A stretch of DNA of 64,000 nt from Octopus bimaculoides. Lineage: Eukaryota. The number at the start of each line of letters is the position of its first letter. Position 1 is the stretch's first letter. The position numbers were made by a program, and so were the translations under genes. The notes beneath the pieces are model-generated. The model saw nothing but the letters and a program-made list of their open reading frames with translations. It was not told the origin of the DNA and did not search any database. This document shows positions 1 to 13,789 of the stretch, in pieces. The DNA lies in assembly GCF_001194135.2 (NCBI RefSeq), contig NC_068983.1:24525470-24589469 (forward strand), written 5' to 3'.

Positions 1-73
<73 letters not shown>

Positions 74-470
74 AATATGCATTCATATATATAAAAATAT
101 TCATATCTATATAAATATGCATATCAATATATGCATATATATATATATATATGTGTGTGTGTGTATATATGTATATATATATAAATATGCATGTATATAC
201 ATGTGTATACATGCATATCAATATATGCATATATATATATGTATATAAATGCATATATAAATATGCATGTATATACATGTGTATATATGCATATATATAA
301 ACATGCTTTTATGTGTGTTTGTGTATATATGTATATATATGTATATATATTTATACAAATATATATAACAGGCCATATGTATATATGCATATATAGTTGT
401 GTTTATGCATGTATTTATGCATACACACTCACACACACGCACACACATACACACACACACACGCATATAT
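1..470. repeat. Compound (TA)n/(TG)n/(CA)n low-complexity tract
   Basis: Degenerate dinucleotide repeats; the source of the Y/I/H/T-rich pseudo-ORFs. Confidence 0.95.
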
Positions 471-1894
471 ATAGTCATTCTTTCTTCCGTTTAGCTGCAT
501 TTTATAAAATCATCTTACTTTGTGAGTTTCCTTTATTGTTCATTACAAGTATTGAATGTTAAAATTATTGATTATTTTTTCATTTATTTTTTACTTTATG
601 AAGCTCAAGGCTACATTTATGTATGAGTAACAGATTGAATGAGAGCATATGTGCATGTATGTATGTGTTTGCATGTGTTACTGGTGCTTACTTTATTGAC
701 CATGAAAATGAAGAGAGGTTAAAATTGGCCTAGATGAAATTTGAAAACAGAATTTAGAGTCAGTAAACCAAATACTATAAGGTATTCAGTACAGAGCTCC
801 CACAGTTTCTGCCAATTCGCCATAATCAGAATCATGTTTATTTACAATGATATAAGGCTTTAGATTTATCAATGATAGAAAATGAGATTCTATGTGACAT
901 TTCTTTCTCAAGGACATTGGCCATGTAAATAAAGTGAAATGGTTGCAGTTTAAATTCAAATTTATGTTGAATGTTTGTTTTGCTTTTACTTTCAGCTTAA
1001 TCTTTTCTCTGTTATATGCACCTCAAGTGTTTAAAATACTGAAATTTACTGCATTGTAAGAATATAAATATATTTATTGAACATTCTTTCTTGCCATATC
1101 TGGTATGGTGCATCTGCCTTAATTACCAGCATTCAGGATTGCATTCAGAAAACATCTGTCGTGTACAACGTTGTCAGCTGAAAAGCTTTCTGTTTCTATG
1201 TTGTTGCATCGAGGAAAGTGTGTACCTGTAACCTGATAACTATTGAAAGCTCTTTCTGCATGGAAATGTGAGAAGGTCTCAGTAAATGGGTATGGTTGAT
1301 GTCAAATTTGAAATACTTAGGATTAGCAATTATGTTAAGGGCAAAAATCCTAGAAATATGTGACAATTAAAAATTTGAATTTATTATTTTTTTAATTTAT
1401 TGTTACTAGGTAGATTGTATAATATTCATTTTCTTTTTCTCTGTCTTTTTGCACAGAGGGCTGGCAGTGTCCAGGACCCTTTGCAGAGCCCCTGAGACTA
1501 GTAGGAGAGAATGAGGGAGGGAGGAAGTTATCCTCAAACCAGATACTTATTCTGAATGCTTGTTACATAGTGGGCTTTGCTAAAGGCACTCTGGGTGTCA
1601 GATGGTGTTAATAAGCTGAAGGGTGCCAGATGGTGTTTATAAGCTGAACAATGGCTTAAGTGTTTCATCCTTATAGGCTGTAACAGAATTTAAATTCAGG
1701 ACACAAAGAGATGGAACAAACACTGCCAGCCATTCTGTGTGTTGTTCTTGAAACCCTGCCAAACTTTCACTCTGGATTGATACAATTTTATCAATCTTGA
1801 AAGATGAAAAACAAGGTTGTTCCTAAGATGGTGTTGTTATAGTGTTTTCAATGTTGTAAGGCTATCTGACCTCTGAATAAGGATAAGTATTTAG

Positions 1895-2248
1895 TAACTA
1901 CGACAGTGGCCGTGCAACCCAATCTTCTTAGACCCCCTTTGGTCATGAATGACTATGGAATTGTACTTAGAAAGTTCTCCTCTATGGCACAAGTCTGGCC
2001 AAATGTTGTTTGTTGAAGACCAGAAGTTGCCCATGGATACCAGTCTCCCTGCCACAAATGTTGTACAAGGAAATGCAAAGGCCAATACAGCTTGACACCA
2101 ATGATGTTGTAACACATTTCTACAGCTGAGTGAACTGGAGCAACGTGAAATAAAGTGTCTTGCTCAAGAACACAACACACAGCCCAGTCCAGAAATTAAA
2201 TTCACAACTGTAAGTCTGATGCTCTTATCACAGAGCCATGTGCCTTCA
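1895..2248 (-). mobile_element. tRNA-derived SINE family D
   Basis: Reverse complement starts GTGAAGGCACATGGC...; contains TTCTTGAGCAAGACACTTTATTTCACGTTGCTCCAGTTCACTCAGCTG and matches 20705-21020 (+). Confidence 0.8.
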
Positions 2249-2773
2249 CACATTCCAATAACACTATGATAAAGGTGGTTTGGATAGCCAGTAGTTCATT
2301 GGTCTAACTATATTATATTAATGAGTTTTGTCGTTTTAAGTTTTATGATTAAATTGTATTGAATTTATTATAGTTTCAGTTGTGGGTCAATAAAATATAT
2401 GTATAGAAAGTGCAATATCCAGATTGCTACTTTTCTCCTCATATGATTAATCATTGTTCTCTAGGGTCCATTGTGTGGGCCAAAACTAGGTAGATGCAGC
2501 ATTGTATGTAGTTAGCAAACTTACCCAACTACGATGGGTGATAAGAGCAGAGTGCAAGTCTAGACAATATAAGTTGTATTATACTTATTTTTATTCATTA
2601 TATTTGATAGTGTCAAACTATATAGTGTACCTTATTGAACAATATATATGTAAATATTTACATAACACATTCATGGTACTATCTTCACAAAACAAAGAAA
2701 GAAACTGGGTTCAATCCAATCGACTGCCCCCCCCTCCCCCAAAATTCCAGGCCTTGTGCCTAGAGTACAAAAG

Positions 2774-2774
<1 letters not shown>

Positions 2775-2814
<40 letters not shown>

Positions 2815-2861
2815 CATCATCATCATCATCATCATCATCAACATCATCATCATCATCATCA

Positions 2862-2893
<32 letters not shown>

Positions 2894-2900
2894 GTTATCA
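2775..2900. repeat. (ATT)n(ATC)n(ATT)n microsatellite forming a SINE-B tail
   Basis: Follows CCCCAAAATTCCAGGCCTTGTGCC...AAAGATT. Confidence 0.95.
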
Positions 2901-3192
2901 TTATGCTACCAACTTCCTCACATTGTGTTATGCTGACTCTGTCTGATAATTCCATTGGGAGTGCATAGTCTATGTGTGTGCAACACTCAGCCAGCTATAT
3001 GCTAATTCATCAGATATATAGTGCTCAAGAGGCCAATGGAACAATCATGACCAGAATAGCTTTGTACACAGGTCAGCCAGTCAGGCTGACCTGAAACTAA
3101 ATAACAATAACTGGTTAACTAACAACTGAATGAGGGTACTTCTATGTGGTTCCTTGATCTGCTAGAAGCAGTAGCCACATTTCTTTAGATCA

Positions 3193-3365
3193 CATCATCA
3201 TCATCATCGTTGTTTAATGCCCACTTTCCATGCTGGTATGGGTTGGATGGTTTGATTGAGAACTGGTAAGCCGGTTGGCTGCACCAGGTCCCAATCTGGT
3301 TTGGCAAGGTTTCTACAACTAGATGCCCTTCCTAATGCCAATCACTCCAAGAGTGTGGTGGATGC
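3193..3365 (-). mobile_element. RTE-type 3' tail with (GAT)n
   Basis: Same tail sequence as 60770-60950, preceded by (CAT)n. Confidence 0.75.
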
Positions 3366-3699
3366 AGAAGGAAACATTTGATAAGGAAGTCATAGGTGCA
3401 CTGTGCATAGTCAGAGCTGACCTCAAGCTTAACAACAACAATAAATGACTGCCTAACAAATAAGCAAGGGTATTTCTGTGTAGGTCTTTGATTTGCTAGA
3501 AATAGTAGAAGCATGTCTTCAAATCACATCCTACTGAAGAAAAATGGAGATTGTAGACCAGTATACATAATTTCTGTAAACAAAAAAGAAATTGGTCAAA
3601 GCTTGACTTTAATTATAGGTCTCCTTGGTCAGCACTAAGGTATTCAGTGACCCCACGTCTCACCATTTTAAAATAAGAATGATGCACTTTTATCTTTTG

Positions 3700-3891
3700 C
3701 CTGTGGCCATGCTGGGGTACCGTCTTGAAGAATACTTTAGCTGAATGAATCGAGTCCAGTACTAATTTTTATCTTTTAAGCCTGGTACTTACTTTATTGG
3801 TCTCTTTTGCTGAGCTACTAAGTTACAGGTATGTAAACTCACTAACACTGATTGTCAAACGGGGGTGGGGGAGAAACACAGACTCACCCCA

Positions 3892-3954
<63 letters not shown>

Positions 3955-4115
3955 TGGTGGGTTTCTTTCAGTTTCTGTCTACTGCATCCACTCATAAGGC
4001 TTTGGTCGGCCTGAGTCTATAGTAGAAGACACTTGCCCAAGTTGCCAAGCTGTGAGACTGAACCCGGAACCATGTGGTTGGGAAGTGAGCTTCTTACCAT
4101 ACAGCCATGCCTGTG
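3700..4115 (-). mobile_element. SINE family A, diverged
   Basis: Reverse complement of the family A body with internal (CA)n. Confidence 0.8.
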
Positions 4116-5049
4116 GCTACTCCAATTTTCTTTTTATAACATCTTCTTGCCATCACCCTCGTTATACCAGCTGGAATATGTTGTCAAGAGGTTTGTTGTT
4201 AACTTGTGAACAAGACCTCTTTACAATCCTGCATATTACTAAGTAAATCTGTCAATGGGTGAAACTTGAAATGTCTTGCACCAAAGCATGTAAACAGTTT
4301 TAGTGATGCGATGAATGGTGCAATGTGGCTAAAGCCTTGGTAATATAATGTCTTCTGGGTTAGTAAGAGTCATGATAGAAGAACATCAAGAAATATGAAG
4401 ACAAGTTAAAGTTGACTGCGACATTTATTCTGACACTAAAAGGAAATACAACAACTGGTATAACATGAATAAGTCTGCCGAATAAAGTGCATCATTTTAA
4501 AGTGCTTCTTGAAGATAAAGATAAACGTTGGGAAAATATGAAGCATGGCATCAAGGAATTCTGCTACAATTCTCTCTTCATTGAAGCTGCAAAGTGGAAT
4601 AAAACTGCTCTCCTGCTGATGACCCAAACTCGCTAATTGTGACCCACCTCGGTGGAAAGGTGAAAAGGTTATAGTGAGACAGATACAGGTGTCTTGCTGT
4701 AGAGGAAGTACAAGGTTACCTGGCTGGAGAGAGAAAGATCAGGGATGGAGACAGAAACAGGTGTGCTACCACAAAGAAAATACACAGTTGCCCAACCTGA
4801 GGGAAGTGCAGGAGAAGGGGAGAGAGAGAGAGAGTAGGAGACCACAGGATGGAGATGGTGAAAAAATGCTGGGCATACTCACAAGGGACAGGGATCAGAG
4901 TATAAATGAGATGGTTGAGTAAAGGAAGAGAGAGATATAGTGGTAAGTGCCAGGGCATATCCTTGAGGTTCAAATGCCATAATATAAGTTACAGGGTATT
5001 GCAAAGGGAGTGTGATTAAAGAGTGCGAGTAAGTGGCAAAGACCAGTTT

Positions 5050-5109
<60 letters not shown>

Positions 5110-5990
5110 AGTCTGTGCTTGTCTCCACCACCATCACTTGGCAACCGATGTTGGTGTGTTTACATCCCCGTAACTTAGCAGCTCAGCGTAAGAGACTGAT
5201 AGAATAAGTACTTGGCTTCCAAAGAATAAGTTCTGGGGCCGATTTCTTCGACTAAAATAATTCTTTAAGGCATGGTCGCAGTCAAATGACTGAGACAAAA
5301 AAAAAGTAAACAAATGAATGTGTGGTAGTGATGTTTTTAGCATGTTGTTTTTTATGTGTGGGCATGACTGTGTGGTGAAAAAGCACATTTTCCATCTATG
5401 CAACTAAGTGGTTTTGGGTTCATTCTCACTGCGTAACACTTAGGACAAAAGTCTTATATGATAGCTCCAGGCTGGGCAATGCATGACCATTTATGAGTAA
5501 ACTTAGTAAACAGACAGTGTCTGCGTATATCTATGCATATATGAATGTGTGTTTGTGTTTGGCACCCTCTTCACTGTTTGGCAACCAGCAATGACTTGAA
5601 TACCACCCTGTAACTTAGTAGCACAGTAAAAAAAGTTTGATAGATTAAGTACCAGGCTTTAAAAAAAAAAAAACGTATTGGTGTTGATCTGTTCTACTCA
5701 ACTCTTCAAGGGGTGCTCCAGCATGGACGCAGTCCAATGACTGAAACTGATAAAAGAGAAAAGATATCTTCTGCGGCATTATCCACAGGATTATTATCTT
5801 CCTCAACATGTTTTAGAAGTAATCCTCTCAGACAACTTTGACTGTGAACATAGATTCTGGTTCTAGAATTTCCCATCAGAAGTTGCCATAGACCATCAAA
5901 AGAGACAGATGTAATGGAATTACATGAAACAAGCTTTAGAAACAATATCACAGCGAACTGATGCAGGAACCATCACGAGGTTGATCAGTT

Positions 5991-6410
5991 TACTCTTTAC
6001 TCTTTTACTCTTTTACTTGTTGCAGTCATTTGACTGTGGCCATGCTGGAGCACCACCTTTAATCGAACAAATCGACCCCAGGACTTATTCTTTGGAAGCC
6101 TAGTACTTATGCTATCGGTCTCTTTTGCCGAACCACTGGGTTACGGGGACGTAAACACACCAGCATCGGTTGTCAAGTGATGCTGGGGAGACAAACACAG
6201 ACACACAAACATGAGCACACCCATACATATATATATACATATACATATATATGACGGGCTTCTTTCAGTTTCTGTCTACCAAATCCACTCAGAAGGCTTT
6301 GGTCAGCATGAGGCTATAGTAGGAGACACTTACCCAAGGTGCCACATGGTGGGAATGAACCTGGAACCATGTGGTTGGTAAGCAAGCTACTTACCACACA
6401 GCCACTCCTG
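5991..6410 (-). mobile_element. SINE family A, full length
   Basis: Reverse complement of the family A body, starting with (TACTCTTT)n. Confidence 0.9.
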
Positions 6411-6411
6411 C

Positions 6412-6612
6412 TAGGAATCATAGCCAAATCATTCTCAAATTGCACCCTACAGTTTTAAAAACAGAAGCAAACATTTCATAAGGTAGTCATAGTTACATTG
6501 GACGTAGAAAAAAATGTAGAGTAACAGTGAGATTATCATAAAGGCTAATAACAGGCTCTAATCATGTGTCTGCTTGATCAATCTTGACCTGGGGCTAAAC
6601 TACAACAAAAAT
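6412..6612 (+). repeat. Dispersed repeat family E (ends ...GACCTGGGGCTAAACTACAACAA)
   Basis: Related pieces at ~3050-3190, 3450-3640, 12480-12960 (-), 42650-42880 and 44180-44350 (-), sharing CTGCTAGAAATA and TCAAATCACA.CCTAC motifs. Confidence 0.55.
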
Positions 6613-7036
6613 TGTTTCATGGCTGTCTGTCTTGCTTTATCCTGCTCTTGCAACATACATTTATTTTCCTGGCGCCATAAGTGCTGTTTGCTTCTAAGAT
6701 TTCTCTTTCATGAACACTCAGTAGTTGTCGTTATCATAATTATAATTGTCTTAGAACTTTGTTCAAAGCACATATCTGATCCATACATGATGAGATGCAT
6801 AAAGTGCTAATTCTTTTAACGACAAATTGAATTGTTGGTATTTTTCATAAAAATGAATTTCTGCACAAACATACACCCTCAGATATATACAAATATACAT
6901 GTGTGTGTATATCTATACACACATACATAAAAACATGTACACACACACACACACACACACACAAATACATACATACATACACATACACACACATATGCAT
7001 ATATACATTCATACACATGAATCTGTTCACTAGACA

Positions 7037-7076
<40 letters not shown>

Positions 7077-7932
7077 NNNNNNNNNNNNNNNNNNNNNNNN
7101 NNNNNNNNNNNNNNNNNNNNNNNNNNNNNNNNNNNNNNNNNNNNNNNNNNNNNNNNNNNNNNNNNNNNNNCAATCTGATTTGGCAGAGTTTCTACAGCTG
7201 GATAACCTTCCTAACGCCAATGACTCCGAGAGTGTAGTGGGTGCTTTTACGTACCAATACTGCCTTTAGTTGAACAAACTGAACCCAGAAATTATTCTTT
7301 GTAAGCCTAGTACTTATTCAATCTGTCTCTTTTGCCAAACCACTAAGTTATGGGGACGTAAACACACCAACTTTGGTTGTCAAGCGATGGTGGGGAGACA
7401 AACACAGACACACAAACATATATACACACACATGCACACACAAATCTATTTATACTTACATATGTATACATACATATATATATGTATACACATACACACA
7501 CGCATTCATATATATGTATACACATACACACACACATTCATACACATATATAAACACATGCAAACACACCTACCCACTTATCATCAGTTAATGTCTATTC
7601 TTCCATGCTTGCATGAGTAAGACAGAATTTGTTGAGCAGATTTTCTACAGCTGGATGCCGTTCCTGTTATCAGGAAGGTAATATTCCCCCATGGCTGGAC
7701 ATGTCTTTCATGGATGACAGGAAACAAACAACACTACTTGCACGAAGATGATACTTGTTTACATCTATCATGTAACGTCCAGTCAAGAGTACTCACACAC
7801 AAAATGGCTTCACTAAATTTCTGTCTATGAAACTAACCCATGAGGCTTTGGTTTGCCTAGGGCTGTACTAGAAGACATTTCAAATACCCCACAATGGAAC
7901 TGGACTTAACTGTGTTATGTATAAATTTGTAT

Positions 7933-8139
7933 ATAGGCGTAGGAGTGGCTGTGTGGTAAGTAACTATAGGCATAGGAGTAGCTGTGGGGTAAGTAACTTG
8001 CTTACGAACCACATAGTTCCAGGTTCAGTCCCACTGCGTGGCACCTTGGGCAAGTGTCTTCTACTATAACCTCAGGTCAACCAAATCCTTGTAAGTGGAT
8101 TTGATAGACGGGAACTGAAAGAAGCCCGTCGTATATATG

Positions 8140-8182
<43 letters not shown>

Positions 8183-8392
8183 TTGTGTGTCCGTGTTTGT
8201 CCCCCCAACATTGCTTGACAACCGATGCTGGTGTGTTTACGTCCCTGTAACTTAGCAGTTCAACAAAAGAGACTGATAGAATAAGTACTAGGCTTAAAAA
8301 GAATAAGTCCTAGGGTCGATTTGCTCGACTAAAGGCGGTGCTCCAGCATGGCCACAGTCAAATGACTGAAACAAGTAAAAGAGTAAAAGAGT
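7933..8392 (+). mobile_element. SINE family A with duplicated 5' end
   Basis: The first 33 bp are tandemly duplicated (7933-7965 and 7966-7998), followed by a full body and tail. Confidence 0.9.
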
Positions 8393-9258
8393 ATATGCTC
8401 ATACATGCATACACANNNNNNNNNNNNNNNNNNNNNNNNNNNNNNNNNNNNNNNNNNNNNNNNNNNNNNNNNNNNNNNNNNNNNNNNNNNNNNNNNNNNN
8501 NNNNNNNNNNNNNNNNNNNNNNNNNNNNNNNNNNNNNNNNNNNNNNNNNNNNNNNNNNNNNNNNNNNNNNNNNNNNNNNNNNNNNNNNNNNNNNNNNNNN
8601 NNNNNNNNNNNNNNNNNNNNNNNNNNNNNNNNNNNNNNNNNNNNNNNNNNNNNNNNNNNNNNNNNNNNNNNNNNNNNNNNNNNCTCTGCAGATTAATAAT
8701 ACCGTTATTCAACGTGTGTTAATAATACTGAAGTATAAATTCGTTAATGCTTCCTAATGAAATTATTTCTTTGAGCAGACTCTTCAAGAACAATCTTGTA
8801 GTTTTCTAAGTACTTGTACAAACATAGCTATTAGGTTAAAGTGGTCACTTAACGACTATATGGTCCAAGTTTGGTGTATTGGGCTAATCCAAAGTAGGTG
8901 CAAACTGTGTGGAACCCCTGCCCAGAGTGTAGTTTTTCTTGGGTGTTAGTCTTAATTTGTTGCCCAGTTTAACCATTCAACATTCAGGTTACTTTGTCAA
9001 ATACAATTAGTCATTCATTACCTTGTAACTTTGAGATTTCAATTATTTTACTTTTTGATTTTTAGAACGACATTTTTGGGTAGGTGTGAGAAGCTGGATC
9101 TGGCCAGTTTAAATGGCACTCCATTAGTTACGGTTGATCTGATTACTTTTGTATACTTGCACTTTATTCATATTCGAAAAGTTTTCTCCCACATTTTGTT
9201 TGATTGTAAAATCTGATCAGATCCTCACTATGACACCATGAACCCTTTGAAATTATAT

Positions 9259-9495
9259 TTCTTATTTCTTTATTGCCCACAAGGGGCTACACACAGAGGG
9301 GACAAACAAGGACAGACAAACGGATTAAGTCGTTTATATTGACCCCAGTGCATAACTGGTACCTATTTAATCGACCCCGAAAGGATGAAAGGCAAAGTCG
9401 ACCTTGGCGGAATTTGAACTCAGAACGTAGCGTCAGACGAAATACCGCTAAGTATTTCGCCCAGTGTGCTAATATTTCTACCAGCTCACCACCTT
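9259..9495 (-). mobile_element. SINE family B with alternative tail
   Basis: B-type central domain joined to ...CCCCTTGTGGGCAATAAAGAAATAAG instead of the (ATT)n tail. The same tail occurs at ~47310-47420. Confidence 0.8.
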
Positions 9496-10253
9496 TTGAA
9501 ATTATATTTCTGGTCATGTATACCACTTCAATTATTTTAGCAAGTTTAAAGTGATTTATTTTGTACTGTAAACCATTTGCCATTTCTCTGGTAGTCTCCC
9601 ACCTCCCTTGATAGCCCAAGCTTATTTTGTTTAATGGTTAACCCAGTTCTGGAATGTGAGGATGATACAGTATATCAATACCACAACCTATTAGTCATGA
9701 CTTCTTTCCACTTCCTTTCTACCCCAAGTCATAGATGCAAACACACAGACACACACACACACACACACACACACACCTGATGGGCTTCTGTCAGTTTCTG
9801 CCTACCAAATCCATTCACAAGGCTTCTGTCAGCCTGAGGCTATAGAAGAAAACAATTACCCAAGGTGCCATGCAGAGGGACTGAACCTGGAACCAAGTGG
9901 TTGAGAAGCAAGCTTCTTACCAGACAGCTAAGGAGAGCTGGATAATTTGACCCCAAATGGCTAGTGGTACTTATCTGATTAACAGCAGAAGAAGGAAAGC
10001 AGCTAGAATCTGGTGTTGGATGAAATGCTAACTTAGAACAGGGAGGTTATTGAACTACAAATTGTGAAGAATTCAGTCAACATATCAAGTTGCAGTATTG
10101 GCATTTTTTATTTTAAAGATTTGCTCTGCAAATAGCAGCTTATACATTTATATGTTTATAAAACATGATTGTGCAAAAAACTTCTTAAACACATAACCAT
10201 ACATGAATCTATATATGTGTGTGTGTATGTGTGTGTGTATGCATATGTGTGTG

Positions 10254-10329
<76 letters not shown>

Positions 10330-10588
10330 AATAATATATATATATATATGCATATATACATATATATAAATACACATGCATTTATGGGTACAGGACGTCA
10401 CCATCAGTAAACAACATAAAATACGAAAATAAATGAGTTCAGTATGCAAACAACGAGAGAAGAAAATGGAAAATAGGACAAGTAACAGAAAGAACGACCC
10501 TTCATCAGTTGTCGGCCGTCTATCTACTCCTCATTTTGAGAAATATATATATAATATGTATGTACATATATGTGTGTGTATGTGTATG

Positions 10589-10626
<38 letters not shown>

Positions 10627-11689
10627 ATATTTGAAGGATTTTTTTTACATAATTCTTGTACACACATCTCCATAATAGATATTGGTTTCAAATTTTGGCA
10701 CAAGGCCAGCAATTTTGGGGGAGAGGGTAAGTTGATTACCCCAGTGCTTAGCTGGTACTTATTTTATTGACCTCGAAAGGATGCAAGGCAAGGTTGATCT
10801 CTGCTGTATTTGAAGGTAAATGGATGAAACACTGGTAAGCATTTTGTCAAGTGTGCTGACAATTCTGCCAGTTTGTTGATTTATTTCCATAATAGATTTC
10901 AAAGCAAAGAACAAAATAGAAATTAGCATTTCATTAGCAATTAAGATTTTTATATATATTGTTTAATCTCACTGTGTGGCAATTTGGGTAAATACCTTCC
11001 ACTGCAGTTCCTGGTTAGCTTACATCTTGTGAATGAATTTGATAGACAGAAACTGTACAAATCCTATTGTGTGTGTGTAAATATCTACATTCTTTGCTGA
11101 TCTGTATAATGGGTAGCGTCATTTGTTGAATAAATCTTCCTGTAGCTCTGTACTTTCTGAAACAAGTGGAATGAAAACTCTACTATTTGAAAGCTAGAAA
11201 AGCACTCGGAGAGTGCAGACCTTCACCAAACCACAAGAAGCAGCACTACGGCGACAACCACCACGACCACCATCACTACCACCATATCACAATCACCACC
11301 ATGACTATCCAACCACTATGACCACCACCACAACCACCAACATCATCAGCAGCATTGTCATTGCTTCCACTTCAACCACATACACACCGCCATCAACGTT
11401 ATCATGACGGTTACCTTGACAGTCACTTTCACCACCACAACCAGTATAACCACTACATTACTACCATCACACAACTAACACTATCATCAACACCACTATT
11501 ACCACCATCACCTCAGCATCACACATCACACCGCTCCTGTCGCCTCAGATGAATTCTAAAGATGGGCAATGTGGATGGAATATTTTCCACATCATACAGA
11601 TGATAAAGAGCTCATAGCAGCAGTGGAGGGAGCAAAGCCTGAGCTTTTTGAGTCGATCCCCATAGTCAAGTCTTGTCATGTCATCCCCT

Positions 11690-12070
11690 GCAGACCTCCG
11701 CCAAGCAGCTCATTTTAAGATAGATATGCAAGTAAAATTACTCATAGAGAAACGAAAATAAACTTTGGAAACAGCAATGCTACCATAGGTTATGTGCAAA
11801 CAATGAACGTGTTTTCAAGGGAGATAATCAAAGAACGTAACGTACTACTTCATGTAAAATATATATAACAACTGAAAAATCCTTCAAGAATCCATAACAA
11901 TCCCTGGATCACTACCAAATTTTCGTCATCTATTCCTTGTGCCATTATCAACTTTTCCTGCAAGTTTCATCAAATACTGTTCACAACTTTTTGAGTTATT
12001 TTGCACACAGACGGACAGACGGACAAACAAACGCCAATGAAAACATAACCTCCTTCCTTGGCGGAGGTAA
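11690..12070 (+). mobile_element. DINE-1/HINE-like non-autonomous DNA element (Helentron-type architecture)
   Basis: Perfect 12-bp subterminal inverted repeat ACCTCCGCCAAG (11694-11705) / CTTGGCGGAGGT (12057-12068), a GACA/GACG microsatellite at ~12008-12030, and a 3' hairpin ACCTCC...GGAGGT. The superfamily is inferred from architecture only. Confidence 0.55.
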
Positions 12071-13789
12071 ATATGTAAGGGTTAATGACAGTAAAGGCAT
12101 CTACCTATAAAAACAGTGCCTCAGTAATATGTGTATATCTAACCCTGTCAGGTATGGAAAAACAGATGTAAAGTGAAAAAGACAAATGAATTATATATAT
12201 ATATATATAAAGTTAAATATATCCAGTCATAGAGTGACCAATGGTTTCACATCCATAAAGCTCTAAGCTTTACAGATGGTTCCTAAGACTCCAATGGCTG
12301 CAAGCATATACCCGTTCTTTGACCAGACATATTTAACTTGATATAAATACATTAATGCTCTATCTTTTAGAGTGTGCTTCTTCTTTTGGACATATAATCC
12401 ACTGATGATGTATATAAATATATATGTGTGTGTGTGTTTATAATTCTTTAGCTGTTAAGTGATGTTTATTGTATTATTGCTTGCAGTTTTTGTTGTTTAA
12501 CCCCAGGCTGATTCTCGGAGAACAGACCTATGATCAAAGACATTCCAGTTACCCATTCCTTTGTCAATCATTCTTTTCTAAAACTCTAAAACGGTTTTTT
12601 TTATTTTACATTATCCAGTGTGACTTTTTCATTTTAAGACAGTGGTTAATGTGATTTGAGGATAACTTGACTGCCATTTCTAACACATTGAGCATTAACG
12701 TAGTAGCTCTCTTTTTGACTGGCGTGACTACAGTTGCTGGTGACATTGTTTAACCCTGGGCTAGCTCTTATCAAGTAGTCCTATGCTCAAAGATACTCCT
12801 TGTTTCTTTTTTCTTTCTTTTTTTTATCAACAACAGTTTATCTAAGTTCACATCCAATGTATCCTTTCCTCTTGTTAATATAATTATATAATTATGATGT
12901 GTGATTTGCAGATGATTTTGGCTGTTATTTCTAGCTCATTGAGTGATTATATAGACGCTACCTTATTGGATCATGCTGTCATAGTAATTGCTGTAGCTGC
13001 TGTAGTTGAGGCTATCATGGCTGTAGTCATTATTTCATCATTACTGTTGTAATTGTTATTTTATTGTCACTGGTGTTGCTGTAGCAGTTGTTGTTGTTGC
13101 TGTAGCAGTTGTTGTTGTTGTTGTTGTTGTCAATAATGTTTCTGTAATTGTTGTTTTATTGTCACTTCAGCTCCTGCTGTCATTATCATTATTTTTGTCC
13201 GTTTTAGTGCTCTACGTGTTGCAGAATCAGACACCGAAGCAGTAAATTTGCATCACTCAGTATTATTATTTAGTAGTTCTCTCTGTCTCTCTCTCTCTCT
13301 CACACAAACATACATACATACATACATACATACATACATAAACACACCCACACACTCTCTCATTTTTTTTTGTTTTTAATGTAAGGTTCAAAAAGGTTTA
13401 CTGATGCTAAATTAAAAAATTAATTCCTAGCTTATCAGTCGATACTATACAGTGTTTTCAGATGAGTCATTTGATATGAAGCTAGGTTGTTTGCATCTTA
13501 TCTTCTGCTTGCCAGACTGTATCCTTTGTGACTTGAAATAACAACATCAACAATAACAACTAAAAGTAGTAAGTAATATTGTGGACTTGATGCTATCCAC
13601 TAGTAATAATAAATATTTATTGATCTGGAGTTGAGAATATTAGCAATCCAATAAAGTAGAACTTTCATTGAAACTGTCTAATCTGGAGTTTGGATGTTCA
13701 AAGCTGACTGACGAGATGACCAAAATCCAAAAGAAGTTGATCAGATATTGCAGCTCAGTGTTTTATAGAAAATATATTTTGAATAGGCA

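Noticed and set aside
124-562. Y/I/H/T/C/V-rich, poly-I/L/N/S and X-filled ORFs throughout the supplied track
   Set aside because: They are translations of di- and trinucleotide microsatellites or N-gaps and carry no coding signal.
1458-1611. Strong-looking acceptor (TTTTTGCACAG) followed by one open frame
   Set aside because: No good donor and no recognisable protein; the downstream sequence matches a dispersed repeat also seen at ~18570-18620 and ~21345-21450.
5762-5990. Coding-like peptide YLPQHVLEVILSDNFDCEHRFW...WNYMKQALETISQR
   Set aside because: Two in-frame stops, no splice sites, and only a vague resemblance to reverse transcriptase; cannot be assigned without a search.
13700-13750. 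CTGACGAG...ATC-CAAAA hammerhead-like motif
   Set aside because: The GAAA core is absent and stem II is only 3 bp. Similar partial hits near 34768, 43647 and 53528 also fail.
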